Shown piece after piece: positions 39,000-52,190 of a stretch of DNA of 64,000 nt; within the stretch, counting starts at the first letter, position 1, and each line of letters opens with the position of its first letter. The translations under genes were made by a program, and so were the position numbers. The stretch spans positions 28,088,001-28,152,000 of the forward strand of contig CM052817.1 in assembly GCA_028534125.1 (NCBI GenBank). Direction: 5' to 3'. The stretch comes from Lama glama. Its lineage: Eukaryota. The notes under the pieces are model-generated. The model had not been told where the DNA came from, searched no databases, and worked only from the letters and a program-made list of their open reading frames with translations.

Positions 39000-39822
39000 A
39001 TCATTTATGGGAGACTCTGGCATCATTGCTCGGGCTGTGATGAACAACTCTGTCCATGTCCTCAGGGACCCTGTGAGAATTTCTTTTGAACGTACACCCA
39101 GGTGCGGTATTTCTGGTCATATGGGACATATATTTATTTTGACTAGTGCCAAATTACTCCTCAGAGGGTCTGCAACCAGTCTGTATTTTCACCAGCAAAA
39201 GTTAAAGGTTTCTATCTGTCAGCATCTCTGCCGATGGCTAACATTATTCAGCTTTCCAATTTTTGCCAGTCTCCAATGACTTAATTTGCATTTCTGTAAT
39301 TACCAGTTGTTTTGATCTGTCATCGATGTGTCAGCATGTTGGGTCTTCTTCTATGTATTGGATATTCATATTTCTGACTCATTTTTCTATTTGGGTTGTT
39401 GTCAGTCACTATAGATTTGTAAGTGTTTCTGGTGTATTCTAAACATTAATCCCTAGTTGACTTTACACTTTACAAACATCTTCTCCCACCCTGCCAGCTA
39501 TATATTAACTTTATCCATAATATCTTTTATTGACCAGAAATTCTTCATTTTTATGTGAGTAACTTAGTCACTCTTTCTGTCCGTGCTTTCAAAGTTTTGT
39601 TTAAACAATCCTTCCCTCTCCTCAGATCTGTAGCTACTCCACATTTTATTCTACCTACGTTCTAGTTTTATTCTTCATCTTTAGATATTTACTTCTTCCA
39701 TAGTCTGCTTTGGTATGTAAGGTTAAGTAGGGATTCACTTTTCCCAAACCATTTTCCTAAATAATTCATTGTTTCCCCATGAATTAGTGGTGCTTTTATA
39801 TCTTGTATAAAAGTGGCCCATA
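39000..39822 (-). mobile_element. Old L1 ORF2 fragment
   Basis: Antisense ORF2-end motifs (ctgtattttcaccagca, ttaatttgcatttct, acaaacatcttctccca). Confidence 0.7.
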
Positions 39823-40322
39823 NNNNNNNNNNNNNNNNNNNNNNNNNNNNNNNNNNNNNNNNNNNNNNNNNNNNNNNNNNNNNNNNNNNNNNNNNNNNNN
39901 NNNNNNNNNNNNNNNNNNNNNNNNNNNNNNNNNNNNNNNNNNNNNNNNNNNNNNNNNNNNNNNNNNNNNNNNNNNNNNNNNNNNNNNNNNNNNNNNNNNN
40001 NNNNNNNNNNNNNNNNNNNNNNNNNNNNNNNNNNNNNNNNNNNNNNNNNNNNNNNNNNNNNNNNNNNNNNNNNNNNNNNNNNNNNNNNNNNNNNNNNNNN
40101 NNNNNNNNNNNNNNNNNNNNNNNNNNNNNNNNNNNNNNNNNNNNNNNNNNNNNNNNNNNNNNNNNNNNNNNNNNNNNNNNNNNNNNNNNNNNNNNNNNNN
40201 NNNNNNNNNNNNNNNNNNNNNNNNNNNNNNNNNNNNNNNNNNNNNNNNNNNNNNNNNNNNNNNNNNNNNNNNNNNNNNNNNNNNNNNNNNNNNNNNNNNN
40301 NNNNNNNNNNNNNNNNNNNNNN
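39823..40322. other. Assembly gap (500 N)
   Basis: N run. Confidence 1.
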
Positions 40323-41326
40323 AGGTCCTAAGATAATCTTTAAATCAGTGCTTCTGAGGATGTGAATCCCGCAAAGCTCTGCATGATGCTGCTTTACTTA
40401 TAAATTAGCTATAAATTTACTTATAAATTAGTGCCAGCTTCACTTACTGTTTTACTGTTCTAAGCTTTATTTACTATTTTATAGATGAGTAAATTGAGAC
40501 CAAATGAAGTTAAGTGATTGGCCTAGGGACATGCAGCCAGGAGGACGTGGAGTGGGGATTCAAACCTAGTTTCTCTAGCTACCAAGTGAATGCTGGCTCT
40601 CTGTAAGTCATAGTAAATGGGGCATCTGCGTAACGATGTATTTATTTGGCATCTGTATTTAAAATGATGGGTTGTTTTTAGATTATTTTCCAATAATGGC
40701 AACTGGTTTGAGACTGTCTCCTTTTGTCAGCTAGTGGGCCTGGAAATGCTGAGGAAGTGTGAGGCAGCAATCCTTGGTCAGTGTGTGCATTGGGTAACAA
40801 TGTTCTTGCTTGGAGGTACGGGAATCCAAGTTTCCAAAGAGTAACTTGATGCAAGTTAACAGCCAAGTTGTTTACGTTGCTAATTTTAAAACACATCTAA
40901 AATTAAAATGACTACTATTAATTTAGGGCTTCCTGTGTGACCTATCCTATATGTAGTGCTCTTAGTACATCATGTCACCAAATCTTCACTGAATCTTGAG
41001 CTCTAAGAAGATACTATTTTCCTCATTTTTATGACTGAGGAAAGTAAACCATGGAAAAATTTAAAGTATTTTCAAACTACTGGATATTAATCCAAGTTTG
41101 TCTCATTCTAAAGGCCAGGCTCTTAATTATCAAATGAATACATTAAATGTAACTAAAATTGTGGCATAAATCTGGAGGCTTCCTAGTACAGTGAGGTAGC
41201 ATATTGTCTCTAAAAGTGTTTGTGCATAGAAAGAGCCTGGAAGGAAGTAAATAAGATCAGTAGTTTATCTTGGTGTTGGGAATTCCAGTTAATTTTTATT
41301 TCCTTTAATAAATCACTGTTGTTATA

Positions 41327-41327
41327 G

Positions 41328-41372
<45 letters not shown>
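41327..41372. repeat. (GT)n microsatellite with one interruption
   Basis: Directly visible. Confidence 0.97.
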
Positions 41373-41375
<3 letters not shown>

Positions 41376-43194
41376 AATCAGGTTTTCTAGTCTACAGATC
41401 TGCTAACCAGATGCTGAACAGAGATGGATTTACCAGGGTGATGAAGGGCCACTTTGCCACCAACCACCTGGCCAGTTTGGCGGTTGTGCCTTTCTTTTTT
41501 TCTTCCATTCTAACTTCCATTATAACTCTAGGTGAGGAGACATTCACCTCCACTCCTCTTTTTGTTCACTAAACACTTTTAGGCTTCTTTCTGTAAATCA
41601 CCAATATCTTCTTTCCATCTCTTTGGGCAAGACTGCGTAATCAGATTTTTCATGTTCTTAATTTGATTTTTCATGTTCTAAAGGCAAACAGAAACCAACT
41701 GCCCAACTATTTATTTTGTGTTGGATTGATTGGTACATTAAATAAGGGAAAGCAGTATTTTCTTTTTTCATCATCTGTAGATAAAATAGGCATGCTCGTT
41801 GAGTTGTTGGAGTTCCTTTTCTGTTAACTCTAGCTGATGCCACTTACTCAACCACAGAACAGTGGGGTGGTTACCTAGTGAATAATCCCAGCCACCTCTT
41901 AGATTTCTACTTTGTCAATATTTGTGTAGCAAACAGAACCTCGATAAGACCCAGGTTGATTGCAAAATGAATTTCCTGTGTATGTTGCCAACAGATTTTT
42001 TTTTCCTGACAACCTAGTTATATTTTGGAGGTTTATATGCTTTTTAGAATTTGCATTCTGCCACCTTTATATAAAACTTTGGAAGATATTTACAGAATGC
42101 TATTAGTAATGTGGTAAAAACACAAGTGGCCAGGTTGGAATTAAAATAACTGCCAAAGATTGAGGGGAAAATTTTATAACGTAATAAGTATTTCAGCCAG
42201 GAAATGACAGTCCTTCCTGAGATAAGAACTGAAATACTGTCAAATTCAAGTGATTGTGTTATGAGAAGACATTAAAATTTCATGATATGTCCTGATATCC
42301 GAGTTATAAAGTAGGTATTTAATGAACGACGCTGTCCTTCACTGCCGTCTATCCTTCAGATTTACTCTGCTTTGTTAAATCCTTAAGCACGTAAATTTCT
42401 TTTTAAAGTTAGGTTCAAGCTCCACTAACACAGTGCCGGTTTTCCTTTATCCGTGCATTGCCCATGTCGGTCACTGCACTGCTTTTCCCCCCTTTCAGTT
42501 TGTAGTACAAACCACAGTGGCTTCCTGAACCACATGAGGAAGCGTGCCATCCTTTGTCTTTCTCTCTCAGGTTTTGTGCCTGTCATTCTCAACGTGGAAT
42601 GGTTCACAGAGAAACCTAAGAGTTGGCTCTGTCTAAACTGCCTGATTGCCCTGCATCACTCAAAGGTGGTGACCTGGTTCGCCACCCCTCCAGGGAAGAT
42701 GGGGAATGCTGCACATTATCCCACAAAGACAGTAGAGTGATGATACATGTAGGGGAAAGTCTCAGAAGTTAGCTCAAATATTTATGTAAATTCACCTTAA
42801 AACTTGAAATGAGGTCATGATCATACGCACTAGTTTTACAGTATCAGAAATACTGCTGAACCTGTAGAACAAAAAAGAAATAGGTTTATAATCTATGTTA
42901 CACCAACATTTTCCATTGTTTGAAAATTTTGGTACATTTCCTTTCAAAAGTTTTTAGGCATATAAACACACAAATATATCTATATACATGATTGAGAATT
43001 TACTCTCTGTAAGATTTTGTTTTCTTTTCTCTGCATGTAATACTGACTTATAAAGATTTTCTTATTTTATCCATGGATAGCTGGAAATATTTTTAAGTGG
43101 CCAATGTATTCAACTATTTATAAATTGTAGGGCATTTAAGTGTTCACGATTTCTTTTCTCTGTTATAAATAATACTGCAGTGAATACTTGGTTC

Positions 43195-43425
43195 ATAATC
43201 TAGCATTTATATAGCATTGACTGTGTGCCAGGTACCATTCTAAACACTTTATGTGGATTGAGGATATGAATCCTTCCTGTGGCCCTTAGAGATGGGTACT
43301 ATCATGACATTCACTTTATAGTTGAGGAAACTGAGGCACAGAGAAGGTAGCTAAGTTTCCAAGATCACACATTTGGCAACTGGTAGAGCTTGAATCCAGT
43401 CCAAGCAGTCTGATTCCATCTCTCC
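43195..43425 (-). mobile_element. MIR inserted in ancient L1 sequence
   Basis: tgtgtgccaggtaccattctaaacacttt...gttgaggaaactgaggcacagag. Confidence 0.85.
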
Positions 43426-43818
43426 ATAATCACCCTGAGATTTTCATCTCATCTCTTAATATTTTGTTAAGGACAGACTTCTAGAAGAATAATGAATGGA
43501 CTAAAGGACGTGAACTTACTCAGTCTCTTAATTAGTTTATAGAAAAGATATACAATCTGTATTTTCATATCACTTTATGGAAAATTTGTTTTACTATATA
43601 TTTTTATCAACATTGAGTAATAGAAGGAAAACTCTTTGATCAACCCAGTAGGTGAAATTTAATATTTTATGTTGCTTAATTTGCATGTCTTCTGAGCTCT
43701 AGTTTATCTGTGCTTGAATCCCAGAGGTTTCTATTTATAGGATGGTTGTGAGAATTAAATGAATCAATATAGGCAATTCTCCTGTATACGGTAAGCACTA
43801 GATAGATGCTGGTTATCT

Positions 43819-44304
43819 TGGGGTTCAGAACACACCACCCCAAAATATGGCATACTGAATATTTTAACCTGAAAGAATATGAGAGAACTGCAAGTGCAGG
43901 CAGGACTCTCTGACGCCCCCTTCTTCCCTGAGTAGGTCATAAAACCCTCTTGTGAGAGGCGTCCTCCTTACAGCGCGGGAAATGAACACCTGTATCTCCA
44001 AAGATGAGGGACCCGGGTAGGAATCCGAACACACAGCCTTGCTGTGTTTCTCCCAGTTTATTTCCTTAGCTCATAAAGCTTTGTCTTACATTTTTCCATG
44101 GCTTTCTTCACCAGACCTGGTATAAAAATGCTCAGGTTTAACCATTTCCTCTTCATTTCCTTACGAAGGCTCCCATGTAAAATTTATACTAAATAAATTT
44201 GTATGCTGTTCTCCTATTAATCTGTCTGTTGCCTGTCCAGTTACAGAGCCCCAGCTGGAGAACCTAGCAGGCTGGTAAGAAAAGGAATCTTTCCTCCCTT
44301 ACCA
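43819..44304 (+). mobile_element. ERV1 LTR (MER34/MER39-like)
   Basis: cagaacacaccaccccaaaatatggc; TATAAAA; AATAAA then tttgtatgctgttctcctattaatctgtc. Confidence 0.7.
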
Positions 44305-46625
44305 TAGTAAAGGTGAACATTGTTCCTTGAGTTTCTTGCCCTCTTGTGTTTTCCTTTTGCAAATATACTATTCATGTACTTATTTTCAGAAAATTCATAG
44401 ACAAAAGCTTCCCAGCAATAGTCCTTTAAGGTAGGATGTGGTATTTTCTGTTTATTAGGGAAGGCAAAGAGACTGGGTATTGACTGAATCAGACTTAACA
44501 TTTGAATGAAACTCTTAAAATCTATAGAGCGCATTTAAGAAATACAATACCGGCAGAGAATACCTTCTTTGGGTTCAGCAATCGATGTGTAGAACAGAGC
44601 ATGTGTTGCTTTTGTAATTTAAAAAGAAAGATAATGGAAAAAGCCAAGGGTTAGTATAATAGGAAACACAATATACACGTTTCATTACAGAACTTAGGGG
44701 ACTATGCAACCATATCTTTGAGTTACAGAATCAATTGTGAGTTTGACATTCTATGATGAGAACTCTGAAATGTTGTAGCTTGTTTGGGGAGGAATGTGCT
44801 TCGTGTGTAATTAATGGAGACAAGCCATTACAGAGAACAAAAAATAAAATTAAATCAAATAAGCCTACATGTCAGCTGCTGGAGGAGGTGGCATTAAGTG
44901 TGAATCATTGTATTTCAGATTAAAATAGCATACTTTGATAATTGTAATGTGGGCCTTTACAGCCATTCTCCTGTGGTGCTGAGCATCCTCTCTAAGTTAA
45001 AAAACACTTGCTGTGAGATTAAAGCAATCAGTAGAATTAGCACAGATTCGTAGGTCTGCAGAATGCCCGTGAACTCTAACAGGCTCACCAAATTCTTGTT
45101 CTAATTGGGTGTATGTCCAAGTGCACTGGCCCCATAGTGAGGAGGAAAGCCAGGGAATGGGACAGGGGGCACTAACCCAGATTATTTACAACACCAACAA
45201 TGGCAACAGTCAGTGGTGGAGTGTGCACTCTGTGCGCGCCCAGTGCAGGGCCCTTTACACACAGTTCTTCATTTAATCACCACAACCCATTAGGGAGGGA
45301 TTATGATCCTCACAACAGCCCTCAGCTCTTAAGAGGCACCACTGATATTCAAAGGCAAGTCTCTTTCCAAAGCTCATTTTCTTATCCACCTGGAGATGCT
45401 GCCACGGCATCTTCCCTAACCCTGATACTTCTTGCTGTCATCTGCTTCTGTCCCAGTTATTCATTCATTCATGCATTATGTATCAAAGAGCGATGAGGTT
45501 CTTAATATGTGTCCTGCCCCGTGCTAGATGCTCTCAATATAGCAGGGAACTTAATGCGCGTTTCTTCCATTCACGGAACCGACAGTTGATCAGAGGAGAC
45601 CGAGAATTACAGTTTCCTAATCAACATCACCACCAAACAGCACTTATGAAGTACTGAGAAAGTGCAGCCTCTGTGATTTTTTGCAGCTGTGTCTTACTTT
45701 GGTGTTATCACCTCCACCTTACATACAAGGAAACAGGGTCTCAGATGCATTTGGCAGTTGTTCAAATTTCCATCAGCTGTTCCAGTGCTTCCTTCCTACA
45801 TCACCCGCCTCGTTCCTATGCCCCTTGATGCTTCAGTGGACTTCTCATCAGGGACGTAAGTTCCGTGCCGCCATCTTTTGCATTTTTTGCTGCTGCCATG
45901 ATGTTCCTCTGCCTCTAAGGTCACTTCGCTTGTCAGAATCTCCCACAGATAGGATCACGTTTGTACAAAGTAATGTGTTCAAAGTAATGTGCTAATACTG
46001 TCTCTTAACAGCCTCGCTTCCCAGTAGAAACACACACGCACTTTAGTCGTAGGGGCACGTATTAAATGCACTAATATTACACATGATAGTTAAACAGTTT
46101 CTGGAAAAGTCAGACTATAGTAACTTTTTGCTTTTCAAGACGCGCATATACAAATTCACAGCAGGTTTCAACAGCGACCACAGTAGCCAGGTTGCCCCCA
46201 AATCAGTCTTCCTTAAGGGTAGCTTGTAATCTTTGGTGATGGGACACGACTTAGACACATCTTCCCAAATCGTTTCAGTCACTCCTATAAAAGTGTCATA
46301 ACCATATGCTAGCTCTGGCAAAGTGATCAGTCTCCTGTCTACTCTAAACTTTATGCTCTGATTTGTGAGAGCATCTGTCTAAGAAACACGTGGGCTATAG
46401 GAAGCAGCTCTCTCTTTATGTACTGGTGTTCTTTGAAGACCATTAGGAGATTTCAACATATAGTATCTTAATTAAGTAAGTAACGCAGGTACCTTAAAGG
46501 CCCCTTCCTTGGAGTGTGACTGGCAGACACTGTCTCAGGTGTCAATACAGTGGCCCTGCTGCATGACGTATGGAAAGTAAACTCGAAGTTCTAAGTTTAC
46601 TTCTTTTTAGAGTTGGGATAATATC

Positions 46626-47129
46626 TGTAGTGGCTTTAAAACTGGCCCAAAATTCTATGACACACTTCCCATCAACAGGTTGGGTCTGTATCCCTTCTCC
46701 TTGAAATAGGTGAGCTTGCGACTACTTGACCAACAGAATACAGTGAGGTGATGTCATGGGACTCCCAAGGCTAAGTCATAAAGGTCTTGCAGCTGCCATC
46801 TTGTTCATGTTAATAGTCTTTATGTAAATAGTCTTAGCACCAGTAGTGCACCAAATACTGCATCTGACAGTCTCAGATGAGCCCAGCCTTCTGGCCGTCT
46901 CCATCAAGATTCTAGACATGAAAGCGAGGTCATCTTGGGTTGTCCAGACCAGTCCGTCTGCCAGCCAGAGAACACCGAGTGACCTTCACCGACATTATGT
47001 AGATGTTTCACCTCTCCAAGTCCTGACTAAATTTCTGACCCACAGAATCATGAAATATAATGAAATTGTTGTTGCATTAAGTCACCATGCTTGGGGTAGT
47101 TTGCTATGGAGCATTAGGTAAATAAAACA
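46626..47129 (+). mobile_element. MaLR LTR (MLT1G/H-like)
   Basis: tgtagtggctttaaaac...ctgacccacagaatcatgaaatataat. Confidence 0.75.
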
Positions 47130-47600
47130 CCGTCTTGTACATTGTGAGGATAAGTTATAGTAAGACTCTTAGCTCAGGCCCTGACCTCTGGTAAGCATTC
47201 AGTGAATGTTATTTTTACTTATTGAACATCTGCTATGGTCATAAACATGTGTAAAGTGTTTTGAGGCATAGGAAAGTAGTATGAGATAGACTCTTTTCTC
47301 TTACCATTTTGGGAGTGGCGGTAAGGATGAATACATATGAAGAGATAATGTACATATTGTTAGGGTAATAAATGCCATTATTGCTGTAAGAGTTCAAAGA
47401 AAGGAGAGGTAAGCCAATGTGAAGAAAATGGTTCTTGAGATCTGAGGCCCCCATCTCCAGGGAGAGTAAGGGAATACTTATTCCAGAGACTGTGCAAGAT
47501 GATTTATCTGATTTGGGAGAGGAGCAGTGTTTTAATTCCCATTTTATAGATTAAAAGACAAGAGAGGTGATGTCTCTGTTTCGATCATCTCCTAGTCATC

Positions 47601-48099
47601 CTGCTGGCAAAGGAGGGATCCCTGCCCGAGGGTTATGGGGCTGGGGGTGACTGAGCCCAAGACACCTGATGGTGGACAGGTGAGACTGACAGCAGTTCAT
47701 CAGTCACATATATTCACGGTGAGGGAAGGAGGATGCTGCACGCTGCTCTGCAGGACCACACAGGGGTGCACTCAGGAGCAGAGTGAACAACCAGGGGCTC
47801 TGGGAGGCAGCTTCATAGAATCAAGAGGTGGGGTGACTCCTGATTCCCAGGAGAGGCTGTGACTTGGCTGGTTTGAATATTTCTGAGGCTTGCAGGGAAC
47901 TGAAACTTGATACTCAGGGGTTAAGTATCCCGTGCCTGGTCCCTTTGATAGGGTTGTTCAGGTAGGCGACCATGCCCAGGAGTAGACTGGGGAGGGGAAC
48001 TTGGTATTAGGCCACCGAAGGCCCTCCTGGTTTTATCAGATACGTACACAAAAAAAGCAGCACATGATACTGAGCCTTAATTTTCAGCCTTAAACTGCA
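47601..48099 (-). mobile_element. ERVL-class LTR (MER74/MER54-group-like) within a MIR
   Basis: TG...CA termini; tgattggctggtttgaata-type motif; MIR-like sequence on both sides. Confidence 0.55.
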
Positions 48100-48425
48100 T
48101 CATAACCTGCTCAAGATGCCAAAGCCGATGAAGAGTGGAGCTTGGTTTTGAACCTGAGTGTATCTGGCCCAGAGTCCTTCATGGGCTTAAAGTCTGTGTA
48201 CTGGGTGCAAATATAGGAGATGACAAATTTATGAATACCACTAGTGTGTGCTGCTAACTTCTATTCTTTCTATGTCATCCTCCTCTGTTTCACGGAATTT
48301 AATCTCATTCCAAGGCACCCAATACCCTAAGAATGCTCCTGAGTATTACATTACAGTTATAAAAGATGTCACCATTGGCAGAGGTGGGGTGAAGTGTACA
48401 CAGGATTATTTTTGCAACTTCCTGT

Positions 48426-48888
48426 GATATACTATGTTCTTGGATTGGAAGAATTAATATTGTTAAAATGACCATACTAACCAAGGTAATTTACAGATTC
48501 AATGCAATCACTATCAAAATACCAATGGCATTTTTCACTGAACTAGAACAAAAATGGTAAAATTTGATGGAAACAGAAAAGACCCCAAATAACCAAAACG
48601 ATCTTGAGAAAGAACAGACCTGGAGGAATCACACTCCCTGACTTCAGACTATACTACAAAGCTCCAGTAATTAAAATAGTATGGTACTGGCACAAAAGCA
48701 GACTCATAGATCGATGGAACAGAATAGAGAGCCCTGAAATAAACCCACACACTTATGGTCAATTAATCTATGACAAAGGAAGCAAGAATATACACTGGAG
48801 AAAAGACAGTCTCTTCAATAAGTGGTGCTGGGAAAACTGGACAAATACATGTAAAAGAATGAAATTAGAACATTCTCTAACACCATAT
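48426..48888 (+). mobile_element. Relatively young L1 ORF2 internal fragment
   Basis: ORF 48604-48912 translates to ORF2p-like [14 protein letters not shown]...[33 protein letters not shown]...[12 protein letters not shown]. Confidence 0.95.
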
Positions 48889-49435
48889 GTACATATCACA
48901 TTTAGAAATTGAAATTCTTAAAACCACCCAGGGCCAGGTACCCACTGGAAAATGATCCTCCATTCTCAGGGCTGTGATACACCAGGCTGATGACAGCTCT
49001 CTAGAGGGTGAGCTCTGTAGGGGCGATCTTGGCCACCACTAAGTCCTCTGAACTTACAGTGCTCAAAGAAACATTCGCTGAATAATTGAATGAGATGGAT
49101 GGACCCATCACTGACGTTGCTTTTTAATTCTCTCTCCTGAACCAAATCTGATGCCTGATTAAAAGTCACCTTCACTAACTCATCTTAATCCTGTATATTC
49201 CTTTTTTTTTTTGTCAAATCCCATCATACAGGTCATAGTAAGGGCTATTTATTGCCTTACCATTTTTATTGAGTTCCCCATATTTAAACAAAAATGACAG
49301 AATAGCTTTGGTCTTGATTAATGATCTAAATGTACTTAGGGACAGTTCATGTAAGTAGACCACCCATTAAGACATCCAGAGCTTAATTTTTCTGTTCTGT
49401 ATTTACTGATTGACTTGAGATATATTTATTTAAGC

Positions 49436-49893
49436 TGACAAAATAAAATTATATTTAAGGCAAGACAAGAAAAATTTAACATCAAATTTTCTCTGCTGTT
49501 TGAGCCAATATCCCCTCACCTTTAGTGTGTATTGTGCATCTGCATTAAACATTAACTGGATCCTTTTAGAAGACACAGGAATGCCTGCTCACCAAAAAAA
49601 GCAGTTTCTTCCTGGCACCAGCACGATAGCTTCTTAGGAGATAACATTCCTCCTCAATCCTGTAAGGGGTTATGATAACCTACTACTCACCTTGTTGGGC
49701 TGTGCAAACTGTCAGTATGTTACTTTGATGTATAACTGACCTTTTGTCTCAAAAATTTATATAACTGCTTTCACCTCTAATGGGGGAACAGTCCTCAGTG
49801 CTTTCTGAAAGACTGTCTCCCGAGTTATAATCTTCAAGTTAGCTGAAATAAACTCCTCTATTTCTTTCTTAGACTAATTTTTTTTTGTCAGAA
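49436..49893 (+). mobile_element. ERV1-type solo LTR
   Basis: TATA-like ttatataa, AATAAA, likely 4-bp TSD AAGC; R-region similarity to the LTR at 53512-53990. Confidence 0.65.
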
Positions 49894-50774
49894 AAGCCTT
49901 TTAATATCTAGGGCATATTGTTCAATTCTTCATTTCAGAACCTCTCTCAGTATCATTTATTGTTGACTGGGAACTTCTGAATTTGAGTTGTTTCACTAAT
50001 CCTGGTCTATTTTGCAATGAATTCAGAGTAACTTTACACAGGTTACATGTAGTGAGTGAAAAGGAAGCATGAATGAAAAACAATGCTTTGGGGGTAGAGA
50101 GTATTTCAGAACATAAATATGTTTTCTTAAGGTGGGATTATAATGATGTCTTAAATGATAAAGACAGTTGGTCTAACAAATGCTAATTTTCCTTAAAGAA
50201 GGTAGCATGGAAAAGCAACTTTATAAAAATACCTTGTATGTGTGGGTAATTTACAGATTGTGTTACCCTTAGAATTTCTACGTAAATATACTAATGGTAT
50301 TTTTTTAGACTCAGGTCTCACTCACTGTGGAGCAGGAAACTCATACCTAGATCTTTTCCATTCAGACTGGAGGTTATGTGAGTTTTTCACGTGTGCACTG
50401 AACACTCTCATTCTAGGCAGAGAATAGTGTAAGATTATCCCATTGAGAGAAAGGGGGAAAGGGAGGAATACAGTCCTAGAAACGGGAGCATTACCCCATC
50501 ACTGCTGGTGTTACTGTTCACTAAGAAAGTGCAGTGTCTTAGTGACACACATGCTGTTACCATGCCCACCACGTGTCTTACTTCTCTGCTTCCCAATGAC
50601 CTACGGCTCACTTTTCAACTTTAGTTTTAAAGGGACATCATCCTACCCTAGATTTGGGATCAGGCAGTGGAGGGGTCAGCTAGTAAAATTAGACAGAAAC
50701 TGGGAGCAGGCAGCAGGGGAAGCTGGGTTGCAAGTAGCCAAGTAAAAACTGGAGGAGAATGGCCAAGTGACATT

Positions 50775-50975
50775 ACTATATGTGAAGTGGCTAAGCAGCA
50801 AGGACCTCCTGTAAGGCAGAGGGAACTGTATTCAATTTCTTGTAATGAGCCGTAATGGAAAAGAAACTGATTCAGTTATGTATAACTGAATCGCTTTGCT
50901 GTACACCTGAAACTAACATTGTAAATCGACTACACGTCAATAAAAAAAGAATAAAATAATAAAAAAGAAAGGAGG
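50775..50975 (+). mobile_element. Cetartiodactyl-type L1 3' end with A-rich tail
   Basis: caaggacctcctgta...gtataactgaatcgctttgctgtacacctgaaactaac...aataaaaaaag. Confidence 0.85.
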
Positions 50976-52039
50976 AAACAAACAAATAGATAAATCCCAT
51001 GAAGGCCATAGAGCCAAAAGAGTTTCAAACCAGCAACAGGTTGTCCTGAAAACGCAGAGGCTGGACCCGCCAAGGCGACACTTGGGAAGCAGGCAGAAAC
51101 TGTGATATGTGTCGTCCTCTGACCCTGTCTTGTGCCCATCCTCATAAATCTCTCTTCTTTCAGGTATCCGTGTCCTTTCCAGGCCTGCAGTGTTCACACT
51201 GCCTCCCTGAGGCTCTCACGATTCTGGTCCCTTCTTCCCTTGTAGAACTTTCCTGCTCAGGGCTGTAAACCTTGAGGGGTCTGTTCTAGGTGATCTGGTG
51301 ACCAGTATATGCCAAAGCATCAGTAGGTGATACAGTATAATATCACCTTTTCCAAATTAAGTCCATGAAATGTACATTGACGCATAGAGAAGAAATAAGA
51401 ATTTCAGGTAGATCAAAAAAGAGATGATTTGGGGGAATAATTTGATCTTTGATGCCTTCAAAAATTCCATCTTATTAGATATCTTTCTAAAGTGTTCAGC
51501 ATTCATAGACAAGATTTGCCTCAGAATCACAGGATTTTATAACTAAGGAGGGATTGTCTCTGCCATTATTTCCTGATCTCGTCATGGCTCCCCGTACCTC
51601 TCTCCAAAGTGGTGCTCACCTAGTGCTAGTTAACAAACAACAATAACCTAGACATGAAAATTTCTGTCCTGTAATGACATCTGCTGTCACTATTTGTGAC
51701 GTGCACAAAATGCAGTTGGTGAAATCTATAACTGAATTGTGAAAGCAGCTTTTTACAGAGGCTGTGGGGCTGGAGTGTTACAAGATAATGACACTTCAAT
51801 TGGTCTGTTTAATTCTAATGTGGTTGCCATAGGTGAAGCCATTTTCCAGCAGGCCAGATCCATGAATGTGAGAAGAAAATCAACTGCCTAAGGGATTTCA
51901 AGGCTGCAGAAAAAGCCCTCTGCCATCTGCTCCCCAGAATACCTCCCTCGCTTCTTGTTGCCTGAAATTCCGCAAATGGTGCTCCAGCTTTTTTCTTCTG
52001 TTTCCTTTCCCCATGAAGATAAAACGACAAAATAAATTC

Positions 52040-52190
52040 CCCAGGGGAGATGTTCAAAAAGTCCCCTTGCTGGGGCCTGATTCTCCAGAGCGCCTGCTTT
52101 TATTAACCTGGATTAGGGCGCAGGTATTGGTATTGTTTTAATAAATCCCTGGGTAATTTTAATGTGCAGCCAGTGCCCGTAAACACTGTT
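52040..52190. mobile_element. MER5-like hAT MITE fragment
   Basis: ttgttttaataaatccctgggtaattttaatgtgcagccag. Confidence 0.55.

Noticed and set aside
40393..40431. Direct repeat TTTACTTATAAATTAG x2
   Set aside because: Small slippage duplication near a contig edge with no further structure
48423..48900. 8-bp inverted repeat TGTGATAT/ATATCACA flanking the L1 ORF2 fragment (TIR-like)
   Set aside because: Left arm is mostly L1 sequence itself and there is no TSD; likely coincidence
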